The notes beneath the pieces were generated by a model that made no database searches, had not been told where the DNA came from, and was given only the letters and a program-made list of their open reading frames with translations. Of a DNA stretch of 64,000 nucleotides, positions 12,222 to 23,299 are shown piece after piece (the first letter of the stretch is position 1; the number at the start of each line of letters is the position of its first letter). This stretch comes from Piedraia hortae CBS 480.64. Its lineage: Eukaryota. The DNA is taken from assembly GCA_010093745.1 (NCBI GenBank), contig MU005957.1, positions 310,001 through 374,000 of the forward strand. The letters are read 5' to 3'. The translations under genes and the position numbers were made by a program.

Positions 12222-13458
12222 TCACGACTCCTCTTTCTTCTTCTTCAGCTCGTCCTTGACCCCGCAATATTTCACAATCCAGGGATGTCTCTCCACATCC
12301 TCCAACGGGATTCTATCATCGGGATTCAACACCAACAGCTTCTTGATAAGATCCCTCGCTTCGGCCGAGACAAACGAAGGGATCGTCATCTCACCGCGCG
12401 TGATGCGCTTCTGCGTCATGACGGGCGTGTCCTCGAACGGCGCCTCTCCGACGAGAAATTCGTAAGTCAAAACGCCTAGGGCCCAGAGATCGACCTTTTC
12501 AGAATAGTAATTCTCGTCACGGCCAGGACGAATCATCTCGGGAGGGAGGTAGTCGAGGGTTCCGCACATTGTGTTGCGGCGATTGTTGGGCGCGTGAACG
12601 CTCCAGCCAAAGTCGGATATCTTAATCTCCCCATGCAGTCCCACGAGGATGTTCTCGGGCTTGATGTCGCGGTGCATGACGTGCTTGCGGTGAAGGTAGC
12701 GTAAAGCGGATGCCATCTGCGCAACATACTGAGCCGCCTGTTTTTCCGGGAAGCGCTGTGCACGACGGAGATGCTTATAAAGTTCGCCCTTTCCAGCAAA
12801 CTCCAAAATGAGGAAGATGCGTTTGCTGTCGTGGAAATGCCCGTATAGACGCAAGATGTTGGGGTGAGCGAGGTTGGACTGGATTTCAATCTCACGCCGA
12901 ACTTGCTTCTCAACCTTGCCTTGCTGCAGCTCTGACTTGTGCAGCACTTTGAGCGCACACACGAAGCCAGTGCTCCGCTCACGCGCCAGATACACTCGGC
13001 CGAATTTGCCCTTACCGAGCGGCTTGCCAATCTCAAACATACCCAGATGCCATTGCTTCGGCTTGGGCGCCGCTTGGGCGAGATCCACAGAAGCCGTTGA
13101 AGGCCGGCTCTCTACGCTGGAACGCTGCTGCTGGGACAGCTGAGAGGGCACGGTCACCCTGGTATGGACAATCTGAGGTGCCGGCTTGGCCGAAGTGTTT
13201 GCTTTCGCCGCGCTAGTCGCGTTGGCCGGAAGCTTCTGAAGCGGGAGCTTGATTGAACGATTCTGCGATGTCGATGCATTCAAGTTCACAGTGGAGATGG
13301 CATGGCTCAGCGAGCCCTGGAAATGGGTCAGACATGCGCTCGAAACCACCGTAAAAGCATACCTTGGCTTTGATTTGCGTAGCCGTGACATCGTAATTCT
13401 CGTCGTTGACCGTAATCCTCTCAAACTGCTGCTCCAGCGATTGAATGTCGGCCGGCAT
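12222..13458 (-). CDS. IPL1: Aurora-family Ser/Thr kinase; complement(join(12222..13316,13363..13458))
   Basis: [47 protein letters not shown] and [14 protein letters not shown] 46-nt GTATGC..CAG intron joins the exon 1 frame in phase. Confidence 0.95.
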
Positions 13459-13606
13459 TGTCGGATGAATAGTTTGCCGCGGAAGGTTAGGTGTTTGGAG
13501 GTGGAAAGTTGCCTGCGTGGGTGTAAATAGCCGTTGTCCCAGCAACGATGACCCCACTTGCCGGAAATAACTACCACCATCCACCCATCCTGCAACATGA
13601 AAGTCC

Positions 13607-14704
13607 TCAAACAGCCAGAGCATCGGTCAGGCTCTGCTGCAAGCTAGACGGAAGTTTTCTGCCAATGACAACAATGTCTCCTCTTTCCGCTGTGATCTTG
13701 TCCTCTGCACCAAAGATCTCAAAGACTTCCCTCACCCCCTGTAGCAGCTTCATCTCGCCATTGACCAAAGGCAGACGACCCTTGATACGATACACCTCTC
13801 CCGTGTCCTGAGTTGTAGTCTCTTGTCGTGTACCAGCCCAGAGAAGGGCACGAAGCCATTCATCTAGCTTGGCAAGTTGCCCAACACTCAACACGGGTAA
13901 GTGCAAAGAAGCGGATGTAATGGACGGATCAAGATGAGAATGGCCCTTGCTTGCAAAATCTACATCCACGCGATCGTAAGCATGTAGGTCTAGGACGAGG
14001 CCCTCCAACTGCGTCACGCGGGCGTGGTTGGTAACCTCGATCTTGGCAAGGGGGTTTATTGAACGAACTCTGTCTTTGACAGCCTGGAGGCCCGCCGATG
14101 ACACCAGATCCGATTTGTTCAGAATGATAACATCCGCATGGCTGATCTGCAGATGGGCAATCGACAGTGGGGTATGCTGATGGTCGGTCTCGGCCCTTTC
14201 TTCGGCAACGGGCTCTTCGAGAGACTTTATGCAATTCACTGCATCCACGAGCGTGACGATACCGTCGAGATAAATGGTACTTCCCAGCCCTTCGTCCAGC
14301 CAAAAAATCGGCGCAAGGTTTCCCGGGTCCGCCAATCCGGTGGTTTCTAGCAAAATGTAGTCGAAAGCACCCTGGCGACTCATGAGGTTTTCAATCGCGT
14401 TGACTCCGGAATCTTTGACTGAACAGCAGATGCATCCGTTTGCAAGCTGAAGCCATTCTTCGGCTTGAGTGTCACCCTGATTGACCGTCAAAGACTTTTC
14501 AATGTCACCGCTGTTGCCGAACTCGTTTAGTATTACGGCAATCTTCTTCCCATGGCGGGCTGTCAATATGTAGTTCAGTAGCGTTGTCTTTCCAGACCCC
14601 AGGTAGCCTGTTATTATCGTAATGGGTACTTTTGGAAACGCGCCTTCGCTCTCTTCGTCGGTTGGTACGGTAGCTATCAGCTGGGGCGGCTCATCGTCTT
14701 CCAT
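13607..14704 (-). CDS. CobW/COG0523 GTPase metallochaperone (ZNG1-like)
   Basis: [14 protein letters not shown], metal motif [20 protein letters not shown] and CobW_C YRIKG. Confidence 0.93.
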   Translation of the reverse strand: MEDDEPPQLIATVPTDEESEGAFPKVPITIITGYLGSGKTTLLNYILTARHGKKIAVILNEFGNSGDIEKSLTVNQGDTQAEEWLQLANGCICCSVKDSGVNAIENLMSRQGAFDYILLETTGLADPGNLAPIFWLDEGLGSTIYLDGIVTLVDAVNCIKSLEEPVAEERAETDHQHTPLSIAHLQISHADVIILNKSDLVSSAGLQAVKDRVRSINPLAKIEVTNHARVTQLEGLVLDLHAYDRVDVDFASKGHSHLDPSITSASLHLPVLSVGQLAKLDEWLRALLWAGTRQETTTQDTGEVYRIKGRLPLVNGEMKLLQGVREVFEIFGAEDKITAERGDIVVIGRKLPSSLQQSLTDALAV

Positions 14705-14872
14705 TTTTGTTGTTCAGTCCGGGAGGTCAAGAACAAAAGGTTTGAAGTCCTCCACACGTGCGGGGGTGGGGCAAGTCGAAGATTTCTAGTACCAAGCACG
14801 CTCCACCGCAGCAAATTCGTATTCTACACCAATGGTCATTGGCAATTTACACTCATAACTTACATGTAGACA

Positions 14873-16120
14873 TTACTTCTTCTCATCATCTCCCCCTTCC
14901 TTCTCATCCTTTGCCTCTTTGGGTGCCTCGTCCACCTCCCGCTTTGCCTCCTTAGCCTTATCCTCGGTTTCATCGTCATCTGTACTAAAAACCTCGACAT
15001 TTTCGCTCTCCGTCACGCCCTGCGGCTCATTACCAACATCTTCAGCCTTTTCGTCGATAGGCACATCGTCAATGGGTGTTTCCAGGTCCTCGCCTTCCAA
15101 CTCTTCCCCTTCCTCCTCGGGGATGACTGTGCTCACAGACGCAGAACGTCCTGCGTACAACCCGTCTCGCCTCATGACGACTCGTAGACGGTTGTTCTTT
15201 TTCCGGCCTTCAACCGGAACCTTTTCTTCACCATCTTCCTTTTCCGTGTCGTTTTCCTCACCGGTACTCTCGAAATCATCTGGAATGGTATATCCCTCTC
15301 TCGGAATGACTCCGTATGTCTCGCATACTTGCTTGAAAAATCCATATATTCCCGTCTCGCTTTCAACCCTTAAAAACACCTCCTTGTGCTGCGACCACGC
15401 ATGGGCATAGATTCTGTATAGGCGTCTGAAGACGTTTGTCAGCTCCTTCATCTGCAGAGCAAGGGTTTTGCTATCGTTCCCCAGTCCTAGCCGACTGGGA
15501 AACGTAACCGACGAAGTCAGAACTGTGGCCGCCCAGTCTAGCGTGTGGCAGCTGTAATCGATTGCGGCGCATGCTTTGGGTGGGTCATGAACGGCGCAGA
15601 GATACTGCCATTGGCTAACTTGCATTTCGGGACATGTTACTGCAGAGCAGGCGGGTGTGGCTGTTAACAAGGCCACGACAATGACGTTTGTTTTCAGGAC
15701 CAGAAATCGGCTGAGCTCGTACAGCCAGATTTCTTCAGAGGTATTTGGAGGTGGTTGCGAAATTTCTTCGGCATGGGCTGCAGAGAGGGGAACGGTCTGG
15801 TCTGACCCGCTGGGATGAGTGTAGCTGTGGTATAGAGCTTTCAGGTGCTCGGCCAGGGGAAACGCTGATTCTATCTGTGTCTTGTTAATATGACTTGGTT
15901 TGTTCGAGGTTTGGAGAAAACTCACGTCTTCCAGGGGAACCAGCGGCGGTCCTTCCATGTCTATCGCTTTACTACCAGGCCGTATGCGCCGCGATGCGTT
16001 TGAGTCCGTCGGAGCGTGGCTGGGCTCTTCCACGAGGGACATCCCGGGGGATGTAGGTATCGTTTGATCCTCTGCCATTGGTGGCGGTGATGGAAGTCGA
16101 GGCGATGCTGCTGCTGCCAT
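14873..16120 (-). CDS. MOB3: Mob1/phocein family protein (STRIPAK MOB3/MOB4-like); probable in-frame 51-nt intron 15875..15925
   Basis: WLYEL, CSAVTCPEM, WQYLCAVHDPPKACAAIDYSCHTLD, FPSR and RRLYRIYAHAW, with an acidic tail. A GTGAGT..CAG stop-free intron lies within the ORF. Confidence 0.88.
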   Translation of the reverse strand: MAAAASPRLPSPPPMAEDQTIPTSPGMSLVEEPSHAPTDSNASRRIRPGSKAIDMEGPPLVPLEDVSFLQTSNKPSHINKTQIESAFPLAEHLKALYHSYTHPSGSDQTVPLSAAHAEEISQPPPNTSEEIWLYELSRFLVLKTNVIVVALLTATPACSAVTCPEMQVSQWQYLCAVHDPPKACAAIDYSCHTLDWAATVLTSSVTFPSRLGLGNDSKTLALQMKELTNVFRRLYRIYAHAWSQHKEVFLRVESETGIYGFFKQVCETYGVIPREGYTIPDDFESTGEENDTEKEDGEEKVPVEGRKKNNRLRVVMRRDGLYAGRSASVSTVIPEEEGEELEGEDLETPIDDVPIDEKAEDVGNEPQGVTESENVEVFSTDDDETEDKAKEAKREVDEAPKEAKDEKEGGDDEKK

Positions 16121-16522
16121 GATCTGGTTGGCGCAATCACGCTGGCTCAACGGATGAAGTTGTCGTGATCTGACGGTGCGGGGCGGGCCGCCAAGTATGT
16201 GTCACGCACTCGGCGGCAGCTAGTTTGCAGCTATGTAGCCACACACTTCTACTTTCACCCAGATGGAATCACGGCTCTTCGCTTGTAACAAACGTTCTTG
16301 CGGCCAGAGAACACAGGTTTCCACCAAGCGTAGACTTACGAACACATTAGTTCGAACTGGCTGTTAACTATACAGGAATTGATAGAGGAATTGTGCTAAA
16401 TAGGGCTTGGTTATGATACGTTGAGCAACAACGGCCCATCTATCTCAATCTATTACAGCCCTGCAGATCCTACCCGGCTGTTTCAAAACTCGCTCGATGG
16501 TATAAAGCTGGAAACACAGACC

Positions 16523-17797
16523 CTAGTTGGCAGATCGCTCTTCCGCAATTTCGCTGGCTCGACTACTGGCTCGTCCGCTGCCACTCTCGTTACCAACCAA
16601 GTCGTTCATCTTCGCGTAGCCGGTGTCCTTAAGGGACATCATTGGTATCGGGAGTTTGCGTTGTGCACCGTCGCCAGTCTCCATGATTTCACTGATGCGA
16701 AGCCCGCTGTGTTGAGTTGGAACGTACGTTTGTGTTTGATCTGTAGCAGGCTCTACCGGTGCGAGTGCCGGCGGATGTTGTAAGCTGAGGTGGTGAAGCG
16801 TCGGCAATTGATACACACCCTGTGTCAGGTAGAGAGGCCGCAGCCGCGGGCTATGAGATGGCGTTGCCAATGGTGTGTGATCAGGCGTTGGTGACGCCGA
16901 TTCGTGCGGGGGCTCCGGCGAAGGAGGACTGGTCGAGTGTGGCGAGTTGGGCCGAGACTTCTTGTACGGTCGCCCACTGTCATCGTCGTCCTGTGAGTGA
17001 GAGCGAGACATGGGCTGCGACGCCGGGTTCGACGTATTTGTGTAATGATAGGATGATAGCGAGGGCATGCGGCTTCTCTGATAGGGGGATTGGTAGCCGA
17101 ATCTCGAACTTCGTGCGGGCGTAACATGATGCGCATTGCTGTGGTGGTAGGCAGGACCGGGACTCTCTACGTGCGAGGCGGCCGTAGCAAGCAGATTCAT
17201 GTCCATCGGTCGCGAGTGCGAGTGCATATTGGCTTGACTTATCTCCCCGCTAATGTTACGCGTCAGATAGGAGCCCGGCGGGGCTGACGGTGCAGCAGAG
17301 TAATGCATATTAGGTGAAGGCTCGGGCGAGTTTCGCCGTGAAGCACTGGCAGACGGAGGAGGGAGGTGATAGGTCTGGGGGGTGACAGGGCCGTGGCTCA
17401 TTGGGGCAAGAGGCCCAATCGCATGGTAAGGATGAGTCGTCGACGGCTGCGGCTGTTGTTGATGCTGCAAAACATTGACGTCGTAGGTGCCAGGCGGCAG
17501 CCCCGAATGTTGCAGGGCCGCGGCTGCTGCCGTCGCGTGTTGCTGCTTGTTGCTGCGTCGGGAATTAGGATTGTTGTGGATGCGGGTGTGGCGCGTCAGC
17601 TCGTCGGAGCGGCTAAAGCGTTTGGTGCAGCCGGGAAAGCTGCAAGCGTGCGGCTTCTCGCCCGTGTGGGTGCGGATGTGACGAGTCTGGTGCTCAAGGC
17701 GGTGGAAGGCCTTATCACAGAGATGACACTTGTACGGACGCGGAAGGTCGGGACGCTGATCGTCGGCGTTGTGGATGGCCGGCGAAGAGTTCGTCAT
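16523..17797 (-). CDS. creA: Carbon catabolite repressor CreA/Mig1, two C2H2 zinc fingers
   Basis: PRPYKCHLCDKAFHRLEHQTRHIRTHTGEKPHACSFPGCTKRFSRSDELTRH, Ala run, conserved TPDHTPLATPSHSPRLRP, and C-terminal QRKLPIP. Confidence 0.96.
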   Translation of the reverse strand: MTNSSPAIHNADDQRPDLPRPYKCHLCDKAFHRLEHQTRHIRTHTGEKPHACSFPGCTKRFSRSDELTRHTRIHNNPNSRRSNKQQHATAAAAALQHSGLPPGTYDVNVLQHQQQPQPSTTHPYHAIGPLAPMSHGPVTPQTYHLPPPSASASRRNSPEPSPNMHYSAAPSAPPGSYLTRNISGEISQANMHSHSRPMDMNLLATAASHVESPGPAYHHSNAHHVTPARSSRFGYQSPYQRSRMPSLSSYHYTNTSNPASQPMSRSHSQDDDDSGRPYKKSRPNSPHSTSPPSPEPPHESASPTPDHTPLATPSHSPRLRPLYLTQGVYQLPTLHHLSLQHPPALAPVEPATDQTQTYVPTQHSGLRISEIMETGDGAQRKLPIPMMSLKDTGYAKMNDLVGNESGSGRASSRASEIAEERSAN

Positions 17798-18379
17798 GGC
17801 TGCCTTCGAGCTGGGATGTGGGGTTATGGAGCAAATGGAGAGACTGTGGGGTTGTTATGTGAAAAGGTGGAAAAGGGAGAAAGCCGGGAGAAAGTGGGGA
17901 AGCCGCGCCCCGCTTTCCTCCGGCCGCACGCATATTCCCCCACACTTTCTCCGTTCCTGCGTCGGGCCGACGGCCAATCCCGTCCGGCCCATCCATTACG
18001 TGGCCTTGTCTTGTGGATTTTTCTGGAATCATATGATCGGCACCACAGGGTAAGACACCCCCGAGATCTTTGCTCTTAGGGCTGTTGACGCCCTGGTGCC
18101 GCAAAGCCTTCTGTACTCATGGGCGGACTACATTCTCCGCAGCCTCTTCGGCCGCATATCCACCCCTCGCCTCTGCGTCTTTTTGTCTCCACACGTCTGC
18201 AACCCCCCCCTGACATACTCGTCCTTGACATATCCCCCGCCACTTTCAATCCCGCTTTCCCCCCCCCCCCCCTCCCCACCCCACTTTCCGCAATCCCCAC
18301 CCCTGTGGCGCAAGTTACCGCCCTGTTTCTAGAGACACGCGATGATTCAACGCTGACGAAAGACACCCCCAACCAGGGG

Positions 18380-19492
18380 CTACTGGGCCTTCTTTCCACC
18401 CGGTGTCCCTTGCAACACCAAAGCCCCGTTGGCCTTCATCTCCCTCAGCGCCTCCTCCATCTGTCCTCGCTTTTGCCTCACCGCCTCATGTCTGCTTTCA
18501 ACTTCGGATTCAAACCGTCGGGCCGTCTGCCGCTTCTCCTGTCGCGCGCGTATGAGCTGCCCGACCGTCTCGCCAAAGCGCCCCACAAACCATTCCCCTG
18601 CTTCTTCCCATTCGCTAATGTCTAGGTGTGCAAAGAAGTCTACCTGGCGGTCTTGCGGGAGATGGGCTACCGCCATGAGCTTCTCCGCCAACGTCGTGAG
18701 TGGTCTCATGTCTGTCGGCCATTTGAAGGGGCCCGCATTGGGATCAAAGTCAAACTGCTCGTCCCGCAGCATTTTGAACTCCATTTGATAAAGTGATGGT
18801 GGCGCATGATCGAGTGAACCCTCTTCTCCGCGTTGCATATGATCCTGTAGGCGTTCGGAATCCGACTGCGGGACTAAAGGTCGTTCCGAATTTGCGTAGC
18901 CAATTGCCTGCGTCTCTGTGCGTTGCCTGCTTTTGGTGCGTGTTTTACTCGGTTGCTCAGACTGATGATAAACTTGCAAAGACGACGCCGTCTCTAAGGG
19001 CGCCGGCATATGCTCCGGTTGTGCTTGCAGCGGTAGAGGCTCCACATCATGCTGATGCTGATGGTCGTCTCTTAGTGGCTGCCAATCGGACTGGCGCCAT
19101 ATTGGTTTAATTGGTTTAGTTACAGGCGCTGGGATATGGACTTTTGGGGCGAAAGAGATGCGCGGAGCCGGATGTGACGGCTGTATCGAAGGATGCTGTG
19201 GTGGAGGAGAGCGCTGGCCTGACGTTGTAGAGGGATATGAGTCTCCCTTAACATAGTGGCGCGCGACCGGGGCGGAGAAAGGATTGACATCTCCGGCTTC
19301 GCTAGAATCGGCTGTAACGGTCAAATCTGTATCATCCAGGTTTCCCTGGATCAAGTGCGGTTGTGCGGTTGATAAGGCTATCGGTCGGGATGCGCCGACC
19401 GCTATAGTTCGCGGCTCAATGGCTTGATGCGACCGATTGCGCCCTTGAACAAAGCCCGACATGCGCCCTCTTCCTTCTTCCCGTAGAGCCAT
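18380..19492 (-). CDS. ECM11: ECM11-domain protein
   Basis: C-terminal FDFDP...QVDFFAHLDISEWEEAGEWFVGRF...RRFESEVESR coiled coil typical of the ECM11 domain. Start is ATG 19492 or 19462. Confidence 0.8.
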   Translation of the reverse strand: MALREEGRGRMSGFVQGRNRSHQAIEPRTIAVGASRPIALSTAQPHLIQGNLDDTDLTVTADSSEAGDVNPFSAPVARHYVKGDSYPSTTSGQRSPPPQHPSIQPSHPAPRISFAPKVHIPAPVTKPIKPIWRQSDWQPLRDDHQHQHDVEPLPLQAQPEHMPAPLETASSLQVYHQSEQPSKTRTKSRQRTETQAIGYANSERPLVPQSDSERLQDHMQRGEEGSLDHAPPSLYQMEFKMLRDEQFDFDPNAGPFKWPTDMRPLTTLAEKLMAVAHLPQDRQVDFFAHLDISEWEEAGEWFVGRFGETVGQLIRARQEKRQTARRFESEVESRHEAVRQKRGQMEEALREMKANGALVLQGTPGGKKAQ

Positions 19493-20498
19493 GTCGTTGG
19501 ATATGATTGACAACGGCACGGAACATGCAAACGTCGTGACTTTACACTCTTGGATGCCTCTACCACTACGGAATTACAGGTAATGACATCCGAGCTGTCA
19601 AACCTTGCTGATTCATATAATTTCTAACGTTTGAGCGTGCCAAAAATTAGGGTTACAATACACAACACGAACTGGAATGGGGAATTTGGGATCCTGTCAA
19701 GTTGGATGCTCAAGCCTCGATCTACGTAATGAGAATATGTATTGATTGATTGCAACCTATTTATTTCCGGTAACCAACGAGGCTCCATGGTGGTTGGAGT
19801 GCCCGTACTGTGCGCGGATGATCTTCATTTTCCTAGGCGCGAGAAGTATGCAGCAATCAACGGTAGAGTCTGTATCAAATCACGGAGATCCCCTGCCGTA
19901 AGGGAACAACTAAGCTGATAAACCCATCTTCTTTGCCTGCGTCAAGGCACCGGGCGAGCCCCTATAGGTGACCGCCAGCCACGGCAAGGTACAAGGTGTC
20001 CTGCCAGAAATACTTTATCACTGCCAAAAGGTGTGAATGAAGCATCTCATATGAGAGATCCTGATGGACATTACATCCCTAGAGGCCCTAAGGAATAATG
20101 CCCTGAGGTCATCTGACAAAGGCTTTCCGTCCTCAGCGGCTAAGTGAACGATCTCCTTCGCCATCGAAGCCAATTTTGTGCGTCCCGCAAGAGGATAGCT
20201 GTTGGTTCATTGGCTTCTGCCATGCCATTCTTGATTTAAATGAGGAAGGTGGGTTTCGACGAGGATGAGGAATAGACGCAAGTTAGGAGGAGCAATCTCA
20301 GGGGAAGGACACGTGAGGTGTGAGTTGGGCAGGTACGGACCGTAGAAAGGGGCATACTCGGCCGGGCGATTTGGTACAAGACTCAGCTCATCCCCAACCC
20401 AAACGTCGACGGGTGATCCATTAACCCACAATGGCTCCATTGGCCGCTGCATTCAAAGCTCCAAATACCATTTATGGACATGCCAAAGCTCTAAACAA

Positions 20499-22250
20499 CT
20501 ACATACTTTTGGACTTTTCTCCCGTTATGGTCATTCCTTGGCTCATACAGTATGGCATTGCTCGCGGCTCCTGGCCTTGTCCTTTGAGCACGGCGTGAAG
20601 GTGTTGTAGAGTGAGCTGTTTTAGCACTAATCGCTCCCGAATTTCAGTCCGTGCCTCCGCCCTCCGCCACTCTTTATCCTTTTCTGTTTCTAGTTCGTTC
20701 ATATGTATGTAACACTCCGCTTCTGCTTCGACATTTGACATTTCTTCGAGTCTCCTGAGAGTTTCTTCGAGTACCAATTTCGCCTTGGCCCATTGGCACA
20801 TCCTACAATAAAACTTCCCCAGGTTACTCGCAAGGTGCAGCGAAGTCAAATCCACATCAGAAGGGTTCACTTCCTTGTCCATTGCCCACAACCGCCCTGT
20901 GACATGAGCAGCTTGCTCTGTCATACCAGCAGCATTATAAACATCCACAAGTCTTCTGAGAATGCCATACTCTGTCACATCATCTATGCATTCAGCTTTA
21001 CCGATTCCTGCTGCGGCCCTTTCCAACATTTTGGCAGCATCTTCAACACGCGTTGGTTTCGCTCACTACCATGATTTCTCGCCAACGAGAAAAGAGTATC
21101 ACCCATATCGATTACGGTCTGGATGGTTGCGGAATCGTATAAACCCTAAATCTTCTCTCGCAAATATAATGTCAATTCTAGTACACGCTTAGCATACCAC
21201 AGGTCCTTTTCGCTTCGACAGATGAAGCTGCCCCAAGTGGTGCAGCGTCTCCAGTGTTGAAATATGTTCCTCCCTTAGGACTCTGCGCCTCACTATAAAG
21301 CTTGCATGTATGCGGTTCGCGCTTCGTCGAACATGCCACGGCGAAAGTACTCTAAACCTGGGTCAAGAGCTGCTTGCAGCGTTAGAAGGTGTTTAGCTCC
21401 TAGTCGAGACATGCACCATTTCAAGGCTTGCTCGCGAATGATCTGGGCGTTTTGCACTTCTTCAGGCCTCAGCTAGCCTATGTATTGCTTTAACAGTAAA
21501 AGGATTTCCTGCACCAAAGACCCTCTGCGCATTTCTTAGGGCCTGTAGGTACAACGATTCCACCACTGGTATAGCCCGCTCGTTATTGTCTAAGTTCGCC
21601 CCTATGGACCACCCTACGTGTCGCGACGATGACCGGCCATTGTACATTTCCTGAGCCACACAAACCATGGAACATGCTTACAGCTACTAGTTCCTCCTTT
21701 CTAGGGCCCAAAACCGCGCGTAGGCAGCGCGCACACATCCTCAAAACATGCTACGCGCTCGACACATCCCATGAATGAGGCTTCACAGGATACTGTCCAA
21801 ATGCTCTCTATGCGAAATGGAGTCGATCCGTAACCACCTCAAGATCCTTCGGGGCGGAATCTTGCCTCGTGTTCATGGAGTAAAATGCCAAGCCCCGCCC
21901 ACCCGGATCAACTTTTGGAGAATATCGTCCGAGCTGCAATCCAGGAGCATTTCTACCAAGGTGAACGTATCTTCGTGTTACCTCCAGAGATGGGAGCTGG
22001 CTAATCTCCAGCGGTAAAAACCTGATAGCATCCCACCCTTTCCCCACTGACCGGCTTGCATTTGATCAGTTGATTATATATCTGCGCGCATGTGCTGCCG
22101 GTTACGTGATCCTCGATAAATTCCAAATACTTCGCCGAAAGCTGCACCTCTTGGTGCGGAAGATGGTTCATATGAGCAAAAAGACCTCGACTCGCTTTGT
22201 ATGACGATCAAGACGAACTTCATGCTACTTTGGCAGGGAAGTCTCCTAAG
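20499..22250 (-). pseudogene. Degenerate TPR-repeat (kinesin-light-chain/NLR-type) gene, copy A
   Basis: Fragments LYLQALRNAQRVFGAGNPFTVKAIHRLAEA, EEHISTLETLHHLGQL and LHLASNLGKFY are broken by stops and frameshifts. The 5' boundary is approximate. Confidence 0.7.
21068..21343. repeat. Left arm of a ~280 bp near-identical inverted repeat (partner 23987..24267)
   Basis: Manual alignment of the reverse complement shows 7 substitutions and one 5-bp indel. Confidence 0.95.
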
Positions 22251-23299
22251 ACTTGGTTCCGAATGTCCTTTGAGCGAAACGAAAATCTACCGTTTTCGTC
22301 TTGGGAACGAAAACTATACGTCTCGCGACTATAATTATAAGTGAAGGCAGCAAATTTGTGACCGCTGACCCTGCTAATTGGGGCTCAAAGGCCTCTGACA
22401 GCATCGTTTATGCCTCCACAATTTGGCGACTCGTTCTCATTATGGAAAGCAATTGGCAGGCTAACGAGGGCGAATCTATTCTCCACGTCAGTCCTAGAAG
22501 ACTTTATCTTATCTGTCAGCCGGCAGACTTACGTAAGGATTCACTAAATGTCCACTCCACGCCTTGCGTTCCGCTTCAAACCCATCTCAAGTGTCCAAGT
22601 GTCCAACGGTGACTAGGCCCGCTTTGCATTTCGTTTCATTGCACGGCTGATTGTGCATGGCTGACGCATAGATCGCTTTGTCTTGTCCTTATGTAATTTA
22701 AAGAAAATTACATCACGGAAGGGTGCAGTATCGAGTAGGTACAGTATATGGAGCATGCTTACAGAATAAATTCCCGGCGATGAGATACGCCATGCAAAAC
22801 CCGCAGAGACCACCCCACCCCGCTTTTCCGCGCACGCCGATTCGGCAAATGACAATGCTGCCCTTCTTGCCACTTCGTGGGCATTGCTTGGGCGGACGAA
22901 TTGTTTATCGAACACCGAGGAGAGGGCGGGCGCACCCACTCCTCCCCAGACCTTGATCATCCGCCCGACCTAGAGGCAAATGCACCAGCAGCCGAACTCT
23001 TGTACAGCCCAATCTCGCTCGGGTGGCTTCTGCTTCCGGCCAGCCACGACGTTGTACGCCGTATGCGCGTGGCGCAGATGGGCGAGAACAACGCCAGCAA
23101 CCTGATGCTAATCCCATAAGTCCAGGTGATGGAACTGGCTCTTTGCCTTCATATGGTTGGCCGCTGCCAGGGCAATACTCAGTGGCATCCTTGGTAGCGT
23201 TGCCATGGCTTCGCGGAGGAAGTCCAACTTGCAAGCTTTTCGGCTGACACGACGCTTTTTGGGAGCTTGGGAAACGCTCATGAGCTTGGTGAACTATCG

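Noticed and set aside
1..19492. Apparent cell-division/meiosis gene cluster (sororin-like, NDT80-like, Aurora, MOB, ECM11)
   Set aside because: Interspersed with unrelated genes, with no shared motif seen. Compatible with chance.
19647..19655. TTAGGGTTA (TAACCCTAA on minus) as a canonical telomerase RNA template
   Set aside because: It lies only ~150 bp upstream of ECM11 on the same strand, leaving no room for downstream TER domains. More likely a telobox-type promoter motif or chance.
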